A stretch of DNA of 64,000 nucleotides from positions 160,001-224,000 of the forward strand of contig JBJBCN010000002.1 in assembly GCA_047285805.1 (NCBI GenBank), read 5' to 3'. Within the stretch, counting starts at the first letter, position 1, and each line of letters starts with the position of its first letter. Source of the stretch: Synechococcus sp. GTDB taxonomy: Bacteria > Cyanobacteriota > Cyanobacteriia > PCC-6307 > Cyanobiaceae. This document shows, piece by piece, positions 9,294 through 19,063 of this stretch. Made by a program: the position numbers and the translations under genes. Under the pieces are notes generated by a model. It made no database searches and was not told where the DNA came from. It was given only the letters and a program-made list of their open reading frames with translations.

Positions 9294-9313
9294 GTGGGGG
9301 GTGAGAACCGAAC
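9294..9313 (-). promoter_or_regulatory. K-box-like element upstream of ftsH
   Basis: Minus strand GTTCGGTTCTCACCCCCCAC; only the GTTCGG half matches the K-box consensus exactly. Confidence 0.3.
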
Positions 9314-9329
9314 GGGAGCGCTCCAGGCC

Positions 9330-9977
9330 ATGTGCGGTCGTTACTCCCTGACCTCTCGCCTCGATCAACTCCTCCCCAAGCTCGGCGGCAGCTTGCCCGA
9401 CGGCTTAATGGCCCACTACGCCCCGCGCCCCCTGATCCGCCCCGGAGAACCCGTGCTGGCCCTGCGGCAGGAGCACGGCCAAATCAGTCCTGCTCTGATG
9501 CTCTGGGGTTTGCTGCCGGAGTGGAGCAAGGATCCCTTGAACGGACCCAGGCCCTTCAACGCCCGCTCGGAGACCGTGGCCGAGAAGGCCAGCTTCCGCG
9601 GCGCCTGGCGCCACCGCCGTTGCCTACTGCCGGCCGATGGCTTCTACGAAAAGGGACATCGTCTGGCCCCGCTTGATGGCCGGCCGTTTTGGCTCGCGGG
9701 CATTTGGGACCGCTGGATTGGCCCCGATGGCAGCGAAGTGGAGACCTGCTGCGTGCTCACCACGACCCCCAATGCCCTGGTCGCGCCGCTGCATGACCGG
9801 ATGCCGGTGGTCGTTCCGGAGGGTGTGGAGGAGGCCTGGATGGAGCCCGTGGATGGTCCTGGCCTGCGGGCCCTGGAACCGTTGATGCAGGGCTGGTCGC
9901 CGGAGGGCTGGGCCGCTGAGGCCCCGGTCAAAGCCAAGCCCAAGACCAACACGGAGCAGTTGCCCCTGTTTGGTTGA
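9330..9977 (+). CDS. SOS response-associated peptidase (SRAP/YedK family)
   Basis: MCGRY start, NARSET, HDRMP. Confidence 0.95.
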   Translation: MCGRYSLTSRLDQLLPKLGGSLPDGLMAHYAPRPLIRPGEPVLALRQEHGQISPALMLWGLLPEWSKDPLNGPRPFNARSETVAEKASFRGAWRHRRCLLPADGFYEKGHRLAPLDGRPFWLAGIWDRWIGPDGSEVETCCVLTTTPNALVAPLHDRMPVVVPEGVEEAWMEPVDGPGLRALEPLMQGWSPEGWAAEAPVKAKPKTNTEQLPLFG

Positions 9978-9992
9978 TCGCCAGACTGGGCC

Positions 9993-10739
9993 ATGGCCTG
10001 CACGAACCAACGCCATCTCGGCTATCGCCTGCTGCTAGCGAATGGCCTGACGGTGATCGGCTGTCTGATGCTCCCCCAGGGCATGCGTCAGTTGTCGACC
10101 TTGGGGTATCTGGCGATGCCCTGGGTCTTGCTGTTCAGCCTGGGGTCGCGGGTGGAGCCCGGCCGCTGGTCGCGGCAGCGCACCCGGGCCTATCGGTTGT
10201 TGGCCGTGCTCACCTTTGCCTCATCCCTGGGCTGGTACTTCACGAGTGCGATGGAAAGCCGTGCGGGCTTCCCTCTTCTCTTTGTCTGGACGCTGTTGGT
10301 GGGCTGGAGCTGCGAGCGCCTGATCCGCAACCTGGCCAAGGAGCGCTCCATCAGCCGTGATGTCCTGATGGGAGCCTTGGCGGGCTATCTGCTGGTGGGC
10401 CTGGCAGCGGGACTGCTGTTTGCGGTGCTGGAGTCGCTGGCGCCGGGCAGCTTTTTGAACACCGTCGCCACGGATGTTTCGCTCCTGCATGGCGCCGCGG
10501 GGCCGGCGCCCAAGATTTTCTCGCTGGATTTTGTCGAGCTCAACTACTACGCCTTCATCACCCTGACGACAACGGGCTATGGCGACATCAGCCCGGTGAC
10601 GCCCCAGAGTCAGATGCTGAGCGTGATGGTGGCGGTCTCCGGCACGATCTATTTGGCCCTGGTGATGGGTCTATTGATCAGCCGCTACACCGTTCAGGAC
10701 GTGGAAGAGGAGATCGCCGAAGAGTTGGAAGACTCCTAG
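9993..10739 (+). CDS. Potassium channel family protein
   Basis: Multiple TM helices and TTTGYGD filter motif. Confidence 0.88.
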   Translation: MACTNQRHLGYRLLLANGLTVIGCLMLPQGMRQLSTLGYLAMPWVLLFSLGSRVEPGRWSRQRTRAYRLLAVLTFASSLGWYFTSAMESRAGFPLLFVWTLLVGWSCERLIRNLAKERSISRDVLMGALAGYLLVGLAAGLLFAVLESLAPGSFLNTVATDVSLLHGAAGPAPKIFSLDFVELNYYAFITLTTTGYGDISPVTPQSQMLSVMVAVSGTIYLALVMGLLISRYTVQDVEEEIAEELEDS

Positions 10740-11818
10740 CTCTGCAGCTCGATCAACCAGTCCTTGCCGAGCGACTGGAGCCGTTGCTGGCCCCATTGCT
10801 CGACTTGGTTGACATCGACCATGCCCAGGTCGCCGAGGGGGGTGCGAGCGGCCAATCCCCCGAGCAGTTTTGGAGCGATCACGCCGGCCACCTGTTGCAC
10901 GCACCCGTACCGCAGGGCGGCGGCGGCGAGCTCCGGGCCGCATTCCCAGAGCACCTGATTGCAGCCCCGCTGGGCTAGTAGTTCCAGGGCGGCCTTGGGT
11001 TGGCAGTCCGGCAGGGCGAGGTGCTCGACCCCCAGGCGATCCAGCTGCTGTTGCTGTTCAGAGGGGACGTCGTTGCCATAAAGCACCAGGGTGGCGGCGT
11101 CGCTTTGGTCCCAGAGCTGGGCCGTGCTGGGCAGATCCAGGCTGCGGCTGAGCACAACCCGCAGCGGTTCAGGGCTGCGCTGCCCGCGACTGGTCAGCAG
11201 GGGATTGTCAGCGCGGAGGGTTCCGCCACCGACAAGGACCGCGTCGCATTGGGCCCGCAGCCGATGGACCCAAGCGCGGGCCGGTGGCCCGGAGATCCAT
11301 TGACTGGAGCCATTGGGCAGGGCGGTGCGGCCATCGAGGCTCATCGCCCACTTCAGGATTCCCCAGGGGCGCCCGGTCTTGACCCGCTGGATGAAGCTGC
11401 GGTTGAGGGCTTCGGCCTCCGCTTCGCAGACCCCGCTGATCACCTCGATGCCGGCGGCCTCGAGTTGGGCGATGCCGCCCCCGGCGACCCGTGGATCGGG
11501 ATCGCGCATGGCGACTACAACGCGGCGAACGCCCGCGGCCATCAGCGCTTCACTGCAGGGGGGCGTACGGCCGTGGTGGCAGCAGGGCTCCAGGGTGACG
11601 ATGGCCGTGCCGCCTTGTGCCCGCGCGCCTGCTTGGCGCAGGGCATGGACTTCCGCGTGGGGTGTGCCGGCTTGGCGGTGAAAGCCCTCCCCGACCAGGG
11701 CCCCGGAGCGATCCAGGACCAGGCAGCCCACCAGCGGGTTGGGGCTCGTGCGTCCGGACCCGAGGGAGGCCAGTTGCAGGGCCCGCTGCATCCAGGGCCG
11801 CCAGGCGCTGTTGCTCAT
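10736..11818 (-). CDS. ribD: Riboflavin biosynthesis deaminase/reductase
   Basis: HAE and PC..C deaminase motifs plus reductase domain; ATGA overlap with the upstream gene supports this start. Confidence 0.96.
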   Translation of the reverse strand: MSNSAWRPWMQRALQLASLGSGRTSPNPLVGCLVLDRSGALVGEGFHRQAGTPHAEVHALRQAGARAQGGTAIVTLEPCCHHGRTPPCSEALMAAGVRRVVVAMRDPDPRVAGGGIAQLEAAGIEVISGVCEAEAEALNRSFIQRVKTGRPWGILKWAMSLDGRTALPNGSSQWISGPPARAWVHRLRAQCDAVLVGGGTLRADNPLLTSRGQRSPEPLRVVLSRSLDLPSTAQLWDQSDAATLVLYGNDVPSEQQQQLDRLGVEHLALPDCQPKAALELLAQRGCNQVLWECGPELAAAALRYGCVQQVAGVIAPKLLGGLAARTPLGDLGMVDVNQVEQWGQQRLQSLGKDWLIELQS

Positions 11819-12303
11819 CCGGCGTCGCGCCAGCTCGGCAGGCTGCGCCATTCACCCACCACAAAGGGAGGAACGGGCAGTTCCACGAACACCCCCGGGA
11901 GCTCCAGGCGGAGGGGCCGGTTCTGGTGCAGATCGGCCAGGAGGGGATTGAGGTCAAACTCGGCCGCGGCATCACGGCCATCGCTCGCCAGCTTCGGGTT
12001 GGCGGTAGTTATGTCCTCGAGTTTCCAGGTCCCTCGACCGGAGTGCACGATTAGCGAGGTGGGGTGATCGAGCCGCACGCGGCCGGGATAGCCAACGATC
12101 CGCAGGGTCACCGGGCCGCCCGGGGGACCAGAGCGGTAGGCCACCGCCTGCCAGCTCTGGTAGTCCAGATCCCTCAGGCTCTCCAGGCTGCGGACGATCT
12201 CCGTGCCGTTCTCATCGGGGTGCAGGTGCACCTGGGCGTTGGCGGTTTGTAGGGGGAAAACCAGCAAGACCGCAGCCAAGAGGAGACCAAACCAGTGCTT
12301 CAC
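11815..12303 (-). CDS. DUF3122 family protein
   Basis: Signal peptide, RSLESLRDLDYQSWQAVAY...LRIVGYPG. Confidence 0.75.
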   Translation of the reverse strand: MKHWFGLLLAAVLLVFPLQTANAQVHLHPDENGTEIVRSLESLRDLDYQSWQAVAYRSGPPGGPVTLRIVGYPGRVRLDHPTSLIVHSGRGTWKLEDITTANPKLASDGRDAAAEFDLNPLLADLHQNRPLRLELPGVFVELPVPPFVVGEWRSLPSWRDAG

Positions 12304-12354
12304 CGCAGACGAGCTTTCTTTGCCCCAGCGTAAGAAAGCTGAGTGGGAGAGGAC

Positions 12355-13956
12355 CTAACTGCGGGGCTGGCTCTGAAAGCCGTCGCAGCCGATCGTGCTC
12401 GATCGGGAGACCAGAGCTGTGAGCCGGCCCATGGCCAACGAAGGAGTGTCAAAGCGGTAAGAGACCAATCCCTCATGGTTTGACGTTGGTGAGATCTCCA
12501 GCCCTCCGTAGCGCTGGACGAATCGATCAACGAACTCCGGCTCGATGGATGTTTTCCGGATTATGGCTTCGGGTGCTCCTGCTCGAAGTGCAACTGCGAG
12601 GTCGCTTTTGGAGTAATGCCAGAGCCAGGGGTTGCCATCAGACGCGATCGGCAGAGTTCGGATCTTCCCGCCCGAAAACAGCTCTAACTGAAGGGGGTCA
12701 AGACTCGAGTCGATAAGATAGAAGTGCTGTTGGCCGTCATTGAGTTGAAGAAGATCTGCTTTGGGCTGCCATTGCGAGGCAAGGGTCTGGCTGGCTTGAA
12801 TCGCAGGTAGGCACAGGCTGATGAGGACGACTGCGGCGGTCATTGAAATCCCACTGCGAAGCTCTTTCGAGAGTTTCCAGGCTCTTTCGCTCAGGAATAA
12901 GGCTGAGATAGAAAGCAAGAATGGTGAGATAAGAAGCGGCAGGAGGATGTATTTGACTGAGTTCAGTCTGTGGTCTGAAATGTATGTCAGCGAAGCGATC
13001 GTTAAAGCACTACCGAGGGCGCTCCCCATCAAAAGCTTTGCTGCTTGATGGGATTTGCGGTTTGCAAGGCTCGCGCACAAGCTCGCGGCATAAGCAAGTC
13101 CGCAGAGCAGGAGAAGGGGGCTCCCTTCCTTGGGATCAAGGGAGCTGTGGAGCTTGATTGATTCGGTCAGGATGCTGAGATTTGCTGTCAGCGAGTTTCT
13201 GCACTCGGTTGGGACAGAATTCAGCAAGATGTAACCCAGAAGGCAGCCAAAGGTTGAGGCGAGGCAAAGCCGCAGCCAGTTTTTTCGGGTCGCATGGATC
13301 GTTGTTCGTTTCAGTGTAGCGATTGCAATTGAGAGCGCCGTGAGGGGGGAGAGAAAGGTGATCAGAAAAAAGAGGTTGTTAAAGCAGAAGAGAGCCGCTC
13401 CGCTAATCGTCGCGATGGCTGTAACGCGCCTCCAGGGTTTCTCTGCCTGATAGGCGATCCAGGCCCAGGCGAGAAACGTTGCTGTGACGTTTCCGCCATG
13501 GTGGATCGGCATCGTGGCTAATCCTGCAGTGGCGCCGAACTGCGCAATCCATGCACCAATGCCAACCACTGCGATGGAGCTCAGGAGGCAGGAGCTCCAG
13601 AACGAACGCTTGGTGATTTGGCTGACAAAGAGTGCACCGGAACAGCCCAGCCAGGCCCCATTCAGAACGCTGGAGGTAAACATCCACTGCCTGATGTCAG
13701 TGCGTAGCCCACTCGTGATGAGTGCGTCCAGGTAGTCGGGAAACAGGCTGGGCAGCCTTGAAAACCTCGGGATACTGCCTAGCCCGCCACTGAAGAGCGT
13801 CTGAATTTGCAGGTAAGGCCTTAGATGGTCGCCGATAAAAATCGACTGCGTTTCATTCCAAAACCCACTCGACTCAGAGGCCCAGGCGAGGCTGATGAGT
13901 AGGCCCCCTGCAATCCAGCTCCCGGCCCGGCGGACGTTTGCCCAGGGTCTAACCAC
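12355..13956 (-). CDS. Polytopic membrane protein, possibly a GT-C-fold glycosyltransferase; atypical composition
   Basis: 533 aa, many TM segments, N-terminal loop with PSLFPD, soluble C-terminus; visibly AT-richer than its neighbours. Confidence 0.6.
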   Translation of the reverse strand: MVRPWANVRRAGSWIAGGLLISLAWASESSGFWNETQSIFIGDHLRPYLQIQTLFSGGLGSIPRFSRLPSLFPDYLDALITSGLRTDIRQWMFTSSVLNGAWLGCSGALFVSQITKRSFWSSCLLSSIAVVGIGAWIAQFGATAGLATMPIHHGGNVTATFLAWAWIAYQAEKPWRRVTAIATISGAALFCFNNLFFLITFLSPLTALSIAIATLKRTTIHATRKNWLRLCLASTFGCLLGYILLNSVPTECRNSLTANLSILTESIKLHSSLDPKEGSPLLLLCGLAYAASLCASLANRKSHQAAKLLMGSALGSALTIASLTYISDHRLNSVKYILLPLLISPFLLSISALFLSERAWKLSKELRSGISMTAAVVLISLCLPAIQASQTLASQWQPKADLLQLNDGQQHFYLIDSSLDPLQLELFSGGKIRTLPIASDGNPWLWHYSKSDLAVALRAGAPEAIIRKTSIEPEFVDRFVQRYGGLEISPTSNHEGLVSYRFDTPSLAMGRLTALVSRSSTIGCDGFQSQPRS

Positions 13957-16465
13957 TCGCCTCCGCCCCCGGGATCCGCTGCCAATCGGTGTGGGTCGCC
14001 CAGACCCCCCAGAGCGCCATCGCCCGCAGGTAGTGGCAAGCGCGGAAGGTGTTTACCGCCGTGATCGCTTCGGGGGTGCGGAACTGCAGGCCGCCGGAAT
14101 ACACCTGATCGACCACCGCTGAGGTGATCGCCAGGGCGGTCTCGGTCTCGCCCATCAGCCGGAAATAACTGGCGATGCCGAAGTTGATTCCGGTCCAGAC
14201 CTCCAGCGGGTGCGTGCCATTGGGGTCGAGCGGTGTGCCATCGCGGCGGAGTCCATTGGCCACGCCAAGGCTGCCGCCTTCGAATTGTTCGAAGCAGGAC
14301 TCCCGCACGGCGTTCAAGGTGCTGCGGCTGTTGGCCTCGCTCACCACCGGCTCCAGGCCCAGCAGGCGGGCATAGAAGTCACCGCAAAGCTGATCGGCCA
14401 TCACCACGGGCGTCCCGCTTTCGGCATCGATGTCGTAGTACTCGCCGTTCCACAGGAGGGTGTCGAAGTTCCCTCGCGATTGCGCCAGCCAACCGCTGAA
14501 TTCCTGTTGCTCGGCCGAGGTGTCAAGGCCGGTACTCAGTTGCAGCTGCTGGGCGATCGCCAGGGCCGCTTCCAAGGCCGCGATCCAGAGGGCGCCGCAG
14601 TAGGCGCTGACGCCCTTGAGCGGCCAGTCATCAAAGGTCTGATCCGGTGCGCCGCCGTTGTCGGGCAAGCCGTCGTTGTTGATGTCAAAGGTCTTCAGGT
14701 ACCGCAGTGATTCCACGGCCGCCGGCCAGCACTCCGCCAGGAAGCGCAGGTCCTCGCCATTGGGGGCGAGCTTGAAGGTGCGCCAGACCTGCAGCACGTA
14801 ATCACTGGCCAGGTCCTTCCAGAGGTTGCAGTCCTGATAGGCCGTGTAGTTAGTGGCATCCCACGGACGCTCGTTGGGGGCCCCAAGGTCATGGGGAGTG
14901 GCACCCTTGACCTTGCGGGCGGCTTCCACGCGGCCCTTGCCCTGAGTGAAGTACCAACCAATCGGCCGCGGCGTGGCGTCGGCTGCGGGGATCGCCCGTG
15001 CAAAGCTGCGCAGCACCGCCTTGTCGAGCTCCGGCCAGAGCTGCAGTAGTGCCAGGGAGCCATAGAGCCGCACGTCCAGGCTCTCGTACCAGGCGTAGTC
15101 CAGGCACTCCAGGACCCCGAAGCGGCCCACGGGATCTTCGCGGCTGGCGGAACTCCAGAGGCTGCCGCCGCTGCAGAGGTCATAGAGCTCGTTGAAGAGC
15201 GCCATCCGCAGCGGCTCCGGCAGATCGCCGCGCTCCAGCACCGGCTGCTGCCAGGCCTCGATCTGCGCTTTCCACTCGCGCCAGTGGTTTAGGCCGTCTG
15301 AGGCAATGGCGGCCGCGTTCAGGCCGCTGGTCCCAAAGAAATCGGTGTAGCGGCGTAGGGCGCTTGTGCCGGTGGCGAAGGCCGTGACCGGCAGATCCCA
15401 GCTGATGACCACGGGGATCTCGATGCTCTGGCCAGGCTCCAGCCGGCAGCGGACAGCCAGGGCGGCACTGACCGGTTCAGCGGCGCCGCTGCGGCGGTTG
15501 TTGTTGCTTTCGGGGATCGAGCCATCGCGGCTGAAGCTGCCCCAGAGCTCCGAGCCATCACTCGTCGGATTCCAGCGGCTGCAGCGTTGGATGCTTACCC
15601 CGGGCTGCTCGCTGGTGGCGATGCACCATTGGCCCTCGCCTTCGTGCACCGGGCTGGAGATGTCCCCCCCCAGGACGACTCCCTCGCAGTTGCCGTCCTC
15701 GATCCACGCGTTGCGGTGGCCCTCGCTCTTGCCGATGGCCGGGGCGTAGTTGTGCTCCGGGCTGCCGTCATCGCGGAAGTGCACCTCGGCGGAGGAGTCG
15801 GTGTTGGTGAACCAACCGCAGGTGTTCCGCCAGCTCAGCATTAAAGAGAGATCCAGCGGCTGGCTGCTTGGGTTGCGCAGGGTCCAGACGAAAACCGCCA
15901 GCGGATAACTAGTCTGCTGGTAGTTTCCCGGCAGGATCGGGCTGAAGGCCTCGCAGCTGACCTCGGCGTCAAAGACCCCTTCGTAGTGTGTCCAGCTCAG
16001 GGGGTAGCGGGCGGCGTAGGTGCCGGTCTGATTCGTCTCCGTGCTGGCGGGGTACCAATCCCAGCTCTGCAGTGGTGCGTCGGCCTCGGGTCTGGAGGCA
16101 TCGCGGCTGGGCTCGACCGCGAGGGCGTGGGCGCGGCTGCTGGTGCCGTTGCTCTCAAACAGTGAGAACTGGCAATCGGGCAACACCCCGAACCAGTGCT
16201 CACCGCCGTCGAGGTGCCAGAGGTTGAAGGAGCCATCCGGGGCGCGGCCGATACAGCCGGCGCCGAAGCCACCGAGGGGCATGCCGTGGTTCGGCCCGTC
16301 GTCGAGGTTGCTTGCGTAGCGAACCGTGTAGGGCGAGGTCCAGTCCTGACCCAAGGGGCGGCTCCAGCTCGCGGCAGGGGGCTGCCAGGTGGCTGGACGC
16401 GTGGAGCGACGGAGGCCGGTGCGGCGCAGCAGGGACTTCAGGGCGGAGAGGCCGAGGCGCGCCAT
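13949..16465 (-). CDS. GH116 family beta-glucosidase (non-lysosomal glucosylceramidase-like)
   Basis: GMPLGGFGAG N-terminal motif, LECLDY (nucleophile Glu), PDQTFDDW (acid/base Asp), FRTPEA, YLRAM. Confidence 0.92.
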   Translation of the reverse strand: MARLGLSALKSLLRRTGLRRSTRPATWQPPAASWSRPLGQDWTSPYTVRYASNLDDGPNHGMPLGGFGAGCIGRAPDGSFNLWHLDGGEHWFGVLPDCQFSLFESNGTSSRAHALAVEPSRDASRPEADAPLQSWDWYPASTETNQTGTYAARYPLSWTHYEGVFDAEVSCEAFSPILPGNYQQTSYPLAVFVWTLRNPSSQPLDLSLMLSWRNTCGWFTNTDSSAEVHFRDDGSPEHNYAPAIGKSEGHRNAWIEDGNCEGVVLGGDISSPVHEGEGQWCIATSEQPGVSIQRCSRWNPTSDGSELWGSFSRDGSIPESNNNRRSGAAEPVSAALAVRCRLEPGQSIEIPVVISWDLPVTAFATGTSALRRYTDFFGTSGLNAAAIASDGLNHWREWKAQIEAWQQPVLERGDLPEPLRMALFNELYDLCSGGSLWSSASREDPVGRFGVLECLDYAWYESLDVRLYGSLALLQLWPELDKAVLRSFARAIPAADATPRPIGWYFTQGKGRVEAARKVKGATPHDLGAPNERPWDATNYTAYQDCNLWKDLASDYVLQVWRTFKLAPNGEDLRFLAECWPAAVESLRYLKTFDINNDGLPDNGGAPDQTFDDWPLKGVSAYCGALWIAALEAALAIAQQLQLSTGLDTSAEQQEFSGWLAQSRGNFDTLLWNGEYYDIDAESGTPVVMADQLCGDFYARLLGLEPVVSEANSRSTLNAVRESCFEQFEGGSLGVANGLRRDGTPLDPNGTHPLEVWTGINFGIASYFRLMGETETALAITSAVVDQVYSGGLQFRTPEAITAVNTFRACHYLRAMALWGVWATHTDWQRIPGAEASG

Positions 16466-16492
16466 GGGGCAGCAAATAGTGCCGCTAGCTTG

Positions 16493-16744
16493 TCAGAGTT
16501 GAGAGGGGTTCGCCCGTTCGTTCGCCTCCTGTTCCACCAGCGCATCGAGGGTCGCCGCGGAACGCACCAGCGCCTGGTAGCGCTGCACCACACGGCGGTT
16601 GCGCTCCAGCCAGCCCGCAGGGTTGCCTTGGGCCACCGCAAGGCTGCCGCTGTTGTCGTCATCGAGCAGATCCAGGTCGCTTTGTTGGACGATCAGCGCC
16701 ACGACAAACTCATGTAGGCGTTGACGGCGATCGGAGGTGTTCAT
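16493..16744 (-). CDS. Hypothetical protein
   Basis: 83-aa ORF with coding-like composition, co-oriented with the GH116 gene. Confidence 0.65.
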   Translation of the reverse strand: MNTSDRRQRLHEFVVALIVQQSDLDLLDDDNSGSLAVAQGNPAGWLERNRRVVQRYQALVRSAATLDALVEQEANERANPSQL

Positions 16745-16766
16745 CGCTCAGCAGCAGAATGCACCC

Positions 16767-17996
16767 ATGATTGAGGTGATTGGTACTGACGCGGGAGCTC
16801 CGGCATCGCTGCCCCACGACAAGCAGCAGCTGATTCGCCAGGCGCCCCTGGTGGCGGCCCCCCGTCGCCTGCATGACGCCTTGCAGGGCTTGAGCAGCGC
16901 CCCTCTGATCGCCAGTGACCAGCCCGAAGTCCTGATCGATCAGCTCCAGGGGGCTGAGCAGGCGGTGGTCCTGGCCAGTGGTGACCCCCTCTGGTTTGGC
17001 ATTGGCCGGCTCCTGATCCAGGGACTTGGCGCTGAGCGTCTGCGCTTCCACCCTTCCCCCTGCTCCCTGCAGCTCGCCTTCTCCCGGCTGGCACGTCCTT
17101 GGCAGAACGCAAGCTGGATCAGCCTCCATGGTCGGGATCCCGAGATTTTGGCGGCTCGCCTGCAGCAGCGCCCAGAGGCCCTGGCGGTGCTGACCGACCC
17201 CAGCCGCGGCGGGGTGGCGGAAGTGCGGGAGCTGCTGCGGGCCTCCGGGCTGGAGCAGGCCTATGGCCTCTGGCTCTGTGAGCGGCTCGGACATCCCGAG
17301 GAGCGGGTGCAGCGGCTGGCTTCCTCGGCTGGGCTGCCCGCGGATCTGGATCCCTTGCACCTAGTGGTCCTGCTGGCTGAGCAGCCCGATCCCCAACCAC
17401 CGGAGTCCCTGCCGCTCTTGGGGTTGCCCGAAGGCGTCTACCTGCAGCATCCGGATCGCCCCGGGCTGATGACCAAACGTGAGGTCCGCATTCAGCTGCT
17501 GGCTGACCTCGACTTACCCGCCTCCGGGGTGCTCTGGGATCTGGGGGCCGGGGTTGGCTCCATTGGTCTGGAGGCCCTGCGCCTGCGGCCAGACCTTTCT
17601 CTCTGGGCTGTAGAGCAGCGAGGTGGCTCGGCCGTGTTGATCCGCGCGAACGCCGAGCGGCTCGGGGTGACGCCAGCGGGGGTGATTGAAGGCCGCGCCC
17701 CGGAGGCCTTGGCGGAATTGCCCGACCCCGATCGGGTCTTGATCGGCGGCGGCGGGCGGGATCGTGTGGCCCTGCTCGAGGCCGTGTTGGCGCGGCTGAA
17801 TCCTGGCGGACTGGTGGTCATTCCCCTGGCCACCGTGGAGGCCTTGGCGGACTTGCGTCCGGTTTTGGAGCGAGCCGGCCTGGTGGTCGGCATCGCTCAG
17901 CACCAGGCCTGGCGGGGCTCCGCCTTGGCGGACGGTACTCGGCTGGCGCCCCTTAATCCGGTGCTGATCCTGCGGGGACAGAAGAAAGCGGACTGA
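16767..17996 (+). CDS. cobL: Precorrin-6Y C5,15-methyltransferase (CbiE/CbiT fusion)
   Basis: LASGDPLWFGIG, MTKREVR, WDLGAGVGSIG. Confidence 0.93.
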   Translation: MIEVIGTDAGAPASLPHDKQQLIRQAPLVAAPRRLHDALQGLSSAPLIASDQPEVLIDQLQGAEQAVVLASGDPLWFGIGRLLIQGLGAERLRFHPSPCSLQLAFSRLARPWQNASWISLHGRDPEILAARLQQRPEALAVLTDPSRGGVAEVRELLRASGLEQAYGLWLCERLGHPEERVQRLASSAGLPADLDPLHLVVLLAEQPDPQPPESLPLLGLPEGVYLQHPDRPGLMTKREVRIQLLADLDLPASGVLWDLGAGVGSIGLEALRLRPDLSLWAVEQRGGSAVLIRANAERLGVTPAGVIEGRAPEALAELPDPDRVLIGGGGRDRVALLEAVLARLNPGGLVVIPLATVEALADLRPVLERAGLVVGIAQHQAWRGSALADGTRLAPLNPVLILRGQKKAD

Positions 17997-18390
17997 TCAC
18001 TGCGGGCATGCCGACGCGGATGCCCAGGCGTTGGGCTTCCCCGGCTCCGAGCTCCACGACCCCGTCGCCGGGTTCCTGGGGGCCGTAGCTCCGGCAGGGC
18101 AGGTGTGGGCAGGGCGTCGTATTGGCCTCAATGCCGATCACCCGGTTGCCATTGAGGAAGACCATGTCGAGGGGAGCCGGGGTCTTGTGCATCCAAAAGC
18201 GCAGCGGTTGCGGCTTGGGGAAGGGAAACCACATCCCGCGCAGCGGCGCTAAGGGCGGCCTGCCCTGTAGGCCCAAGCTCTGCTGCTGTTGGCTGCGGGC
18301 CACCTCTAGGGCAATGCAGGGCAGATCCCTAGTTATGCACCAATGGGCCTCAACGGGAAGCTGTTGCGGCGGAAGGGCAGGGGTTGGCAT
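17953..18390 (-). CDS. DUF192 family protein
   Basis: GMWF, FWMHKT, LDMVF, VVEL.AG. Confidence 0.88.
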   Translation of the reverse strand: MPTPALPPQQLPVEAHWCITRDLPCIALEVARSQQQQSLGLQGRPPLAPLRGMWFPFPKPQPLRFWMHKTPAPLDMVFLNGNRVIGIEANTTPCPHLPCRSYGPQEPGDGVVELGAGEAQRLGIRVGMPAVISPLSSVPAGSAPD

Positions 18391-18394
18391 CGCG

Positions 18395-19063
18395 TTAGCC
18401 CAGCTGGGGTGGTCCGTCGCTGAGGCAGTAGCCCCGGCCGCGGACGGTGTGGATCAGGCGCTTGCCGCCTTCGGCCTCTAGTTTTTGCCGCAAGTAGCGG
18501 ATGTAGACCTCGATCACGTTGCTGGCGGCCCCTTGCTGATCGCGCCAGACCGTCGCCAGGATCCGCTCGCGGCTGACCACCTCCCGGGCGTGCTCCATCA
18601 GCAGCTCCAGAAGCGCATATTCCCGTGCAGTCAAGCCAATCGTTTCGCCCTGGCGGCGCACCTCATGGCGGCTCGGGACGATGGTCAGATCCCCCAGTTG
18701 CAAGAGATCCCGCGGCGGCCGCTTTTTGTCCTGCAGCTTCAGGTGCACCCGCAGCCGGGTCAGCAGGTCGCTGGCGCCGGCCGAGGACAGCCAGAAGTCG
18801 TCGCCCCCCTGGAGCAACATCTCGGAGCGGGCCGGAATGCTGTCCTCAACGATGTCCAGCAGCAAGGGGACAGGCCCCAGGCTTTGACGCAACTCCTGGA
18901 TCCGGCCTCCCCAATCGGCTGAGAGCACCACCAGTTCACAGCCGTCCTGGGCGGCCTGCTTCAGGCCGGGTTCGCCAAGTAGGGGGGAGTAGCCGGAGGC
19001 ACTTAGGCGCTCGGCGAGGTCTTCGGATGTCTCCCCCAGGAGCAGGACACAAAAGTCGTTCAT
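18395..19063 (-). CDS. nblR: OmpR-family response regulator with atypical receiver (NblR-like)
   Basis: C-terminal wHTH (LTAREY, NVIEVYIRYLRQK, TVRGRGY); degenerate receiver; downstream of NAD kinase. Confidence 0.75.
   Translation of the reverse strand: MNDFCVLLLGETSEDLAERLSASGYSPLLGEPGLKQAAQDGCELVVLSADWGGRIQELRQSLGPVPLLLDIVEDSIPARSEMLLQGGDDFWLSSAGASDLLTRLRVHLKLQDKKRPPRDLLQLGDLTIVPSRHEVRRQGETIGLTAREYALLELLMEHAREVVSRERILATVWRDQQGAASNVIEVYIRYLRQKLEAEGGKRLIHTVRGRGYCLSDGPPQLG

Noticed and set aside
11000..12067. Long antisense ORFs (here and at 18625-19659, 24947-25876, 40054-41151, 54069-55337)
   Set aside because: Shadow frames of well-supported genes in GC-rich DNA, with no motifs
18395..19063. 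Missing phospho-acceptor Asp in the response regulator as a novelty
   Set aside because: Atypical receivers are already known for NblR-like regulators
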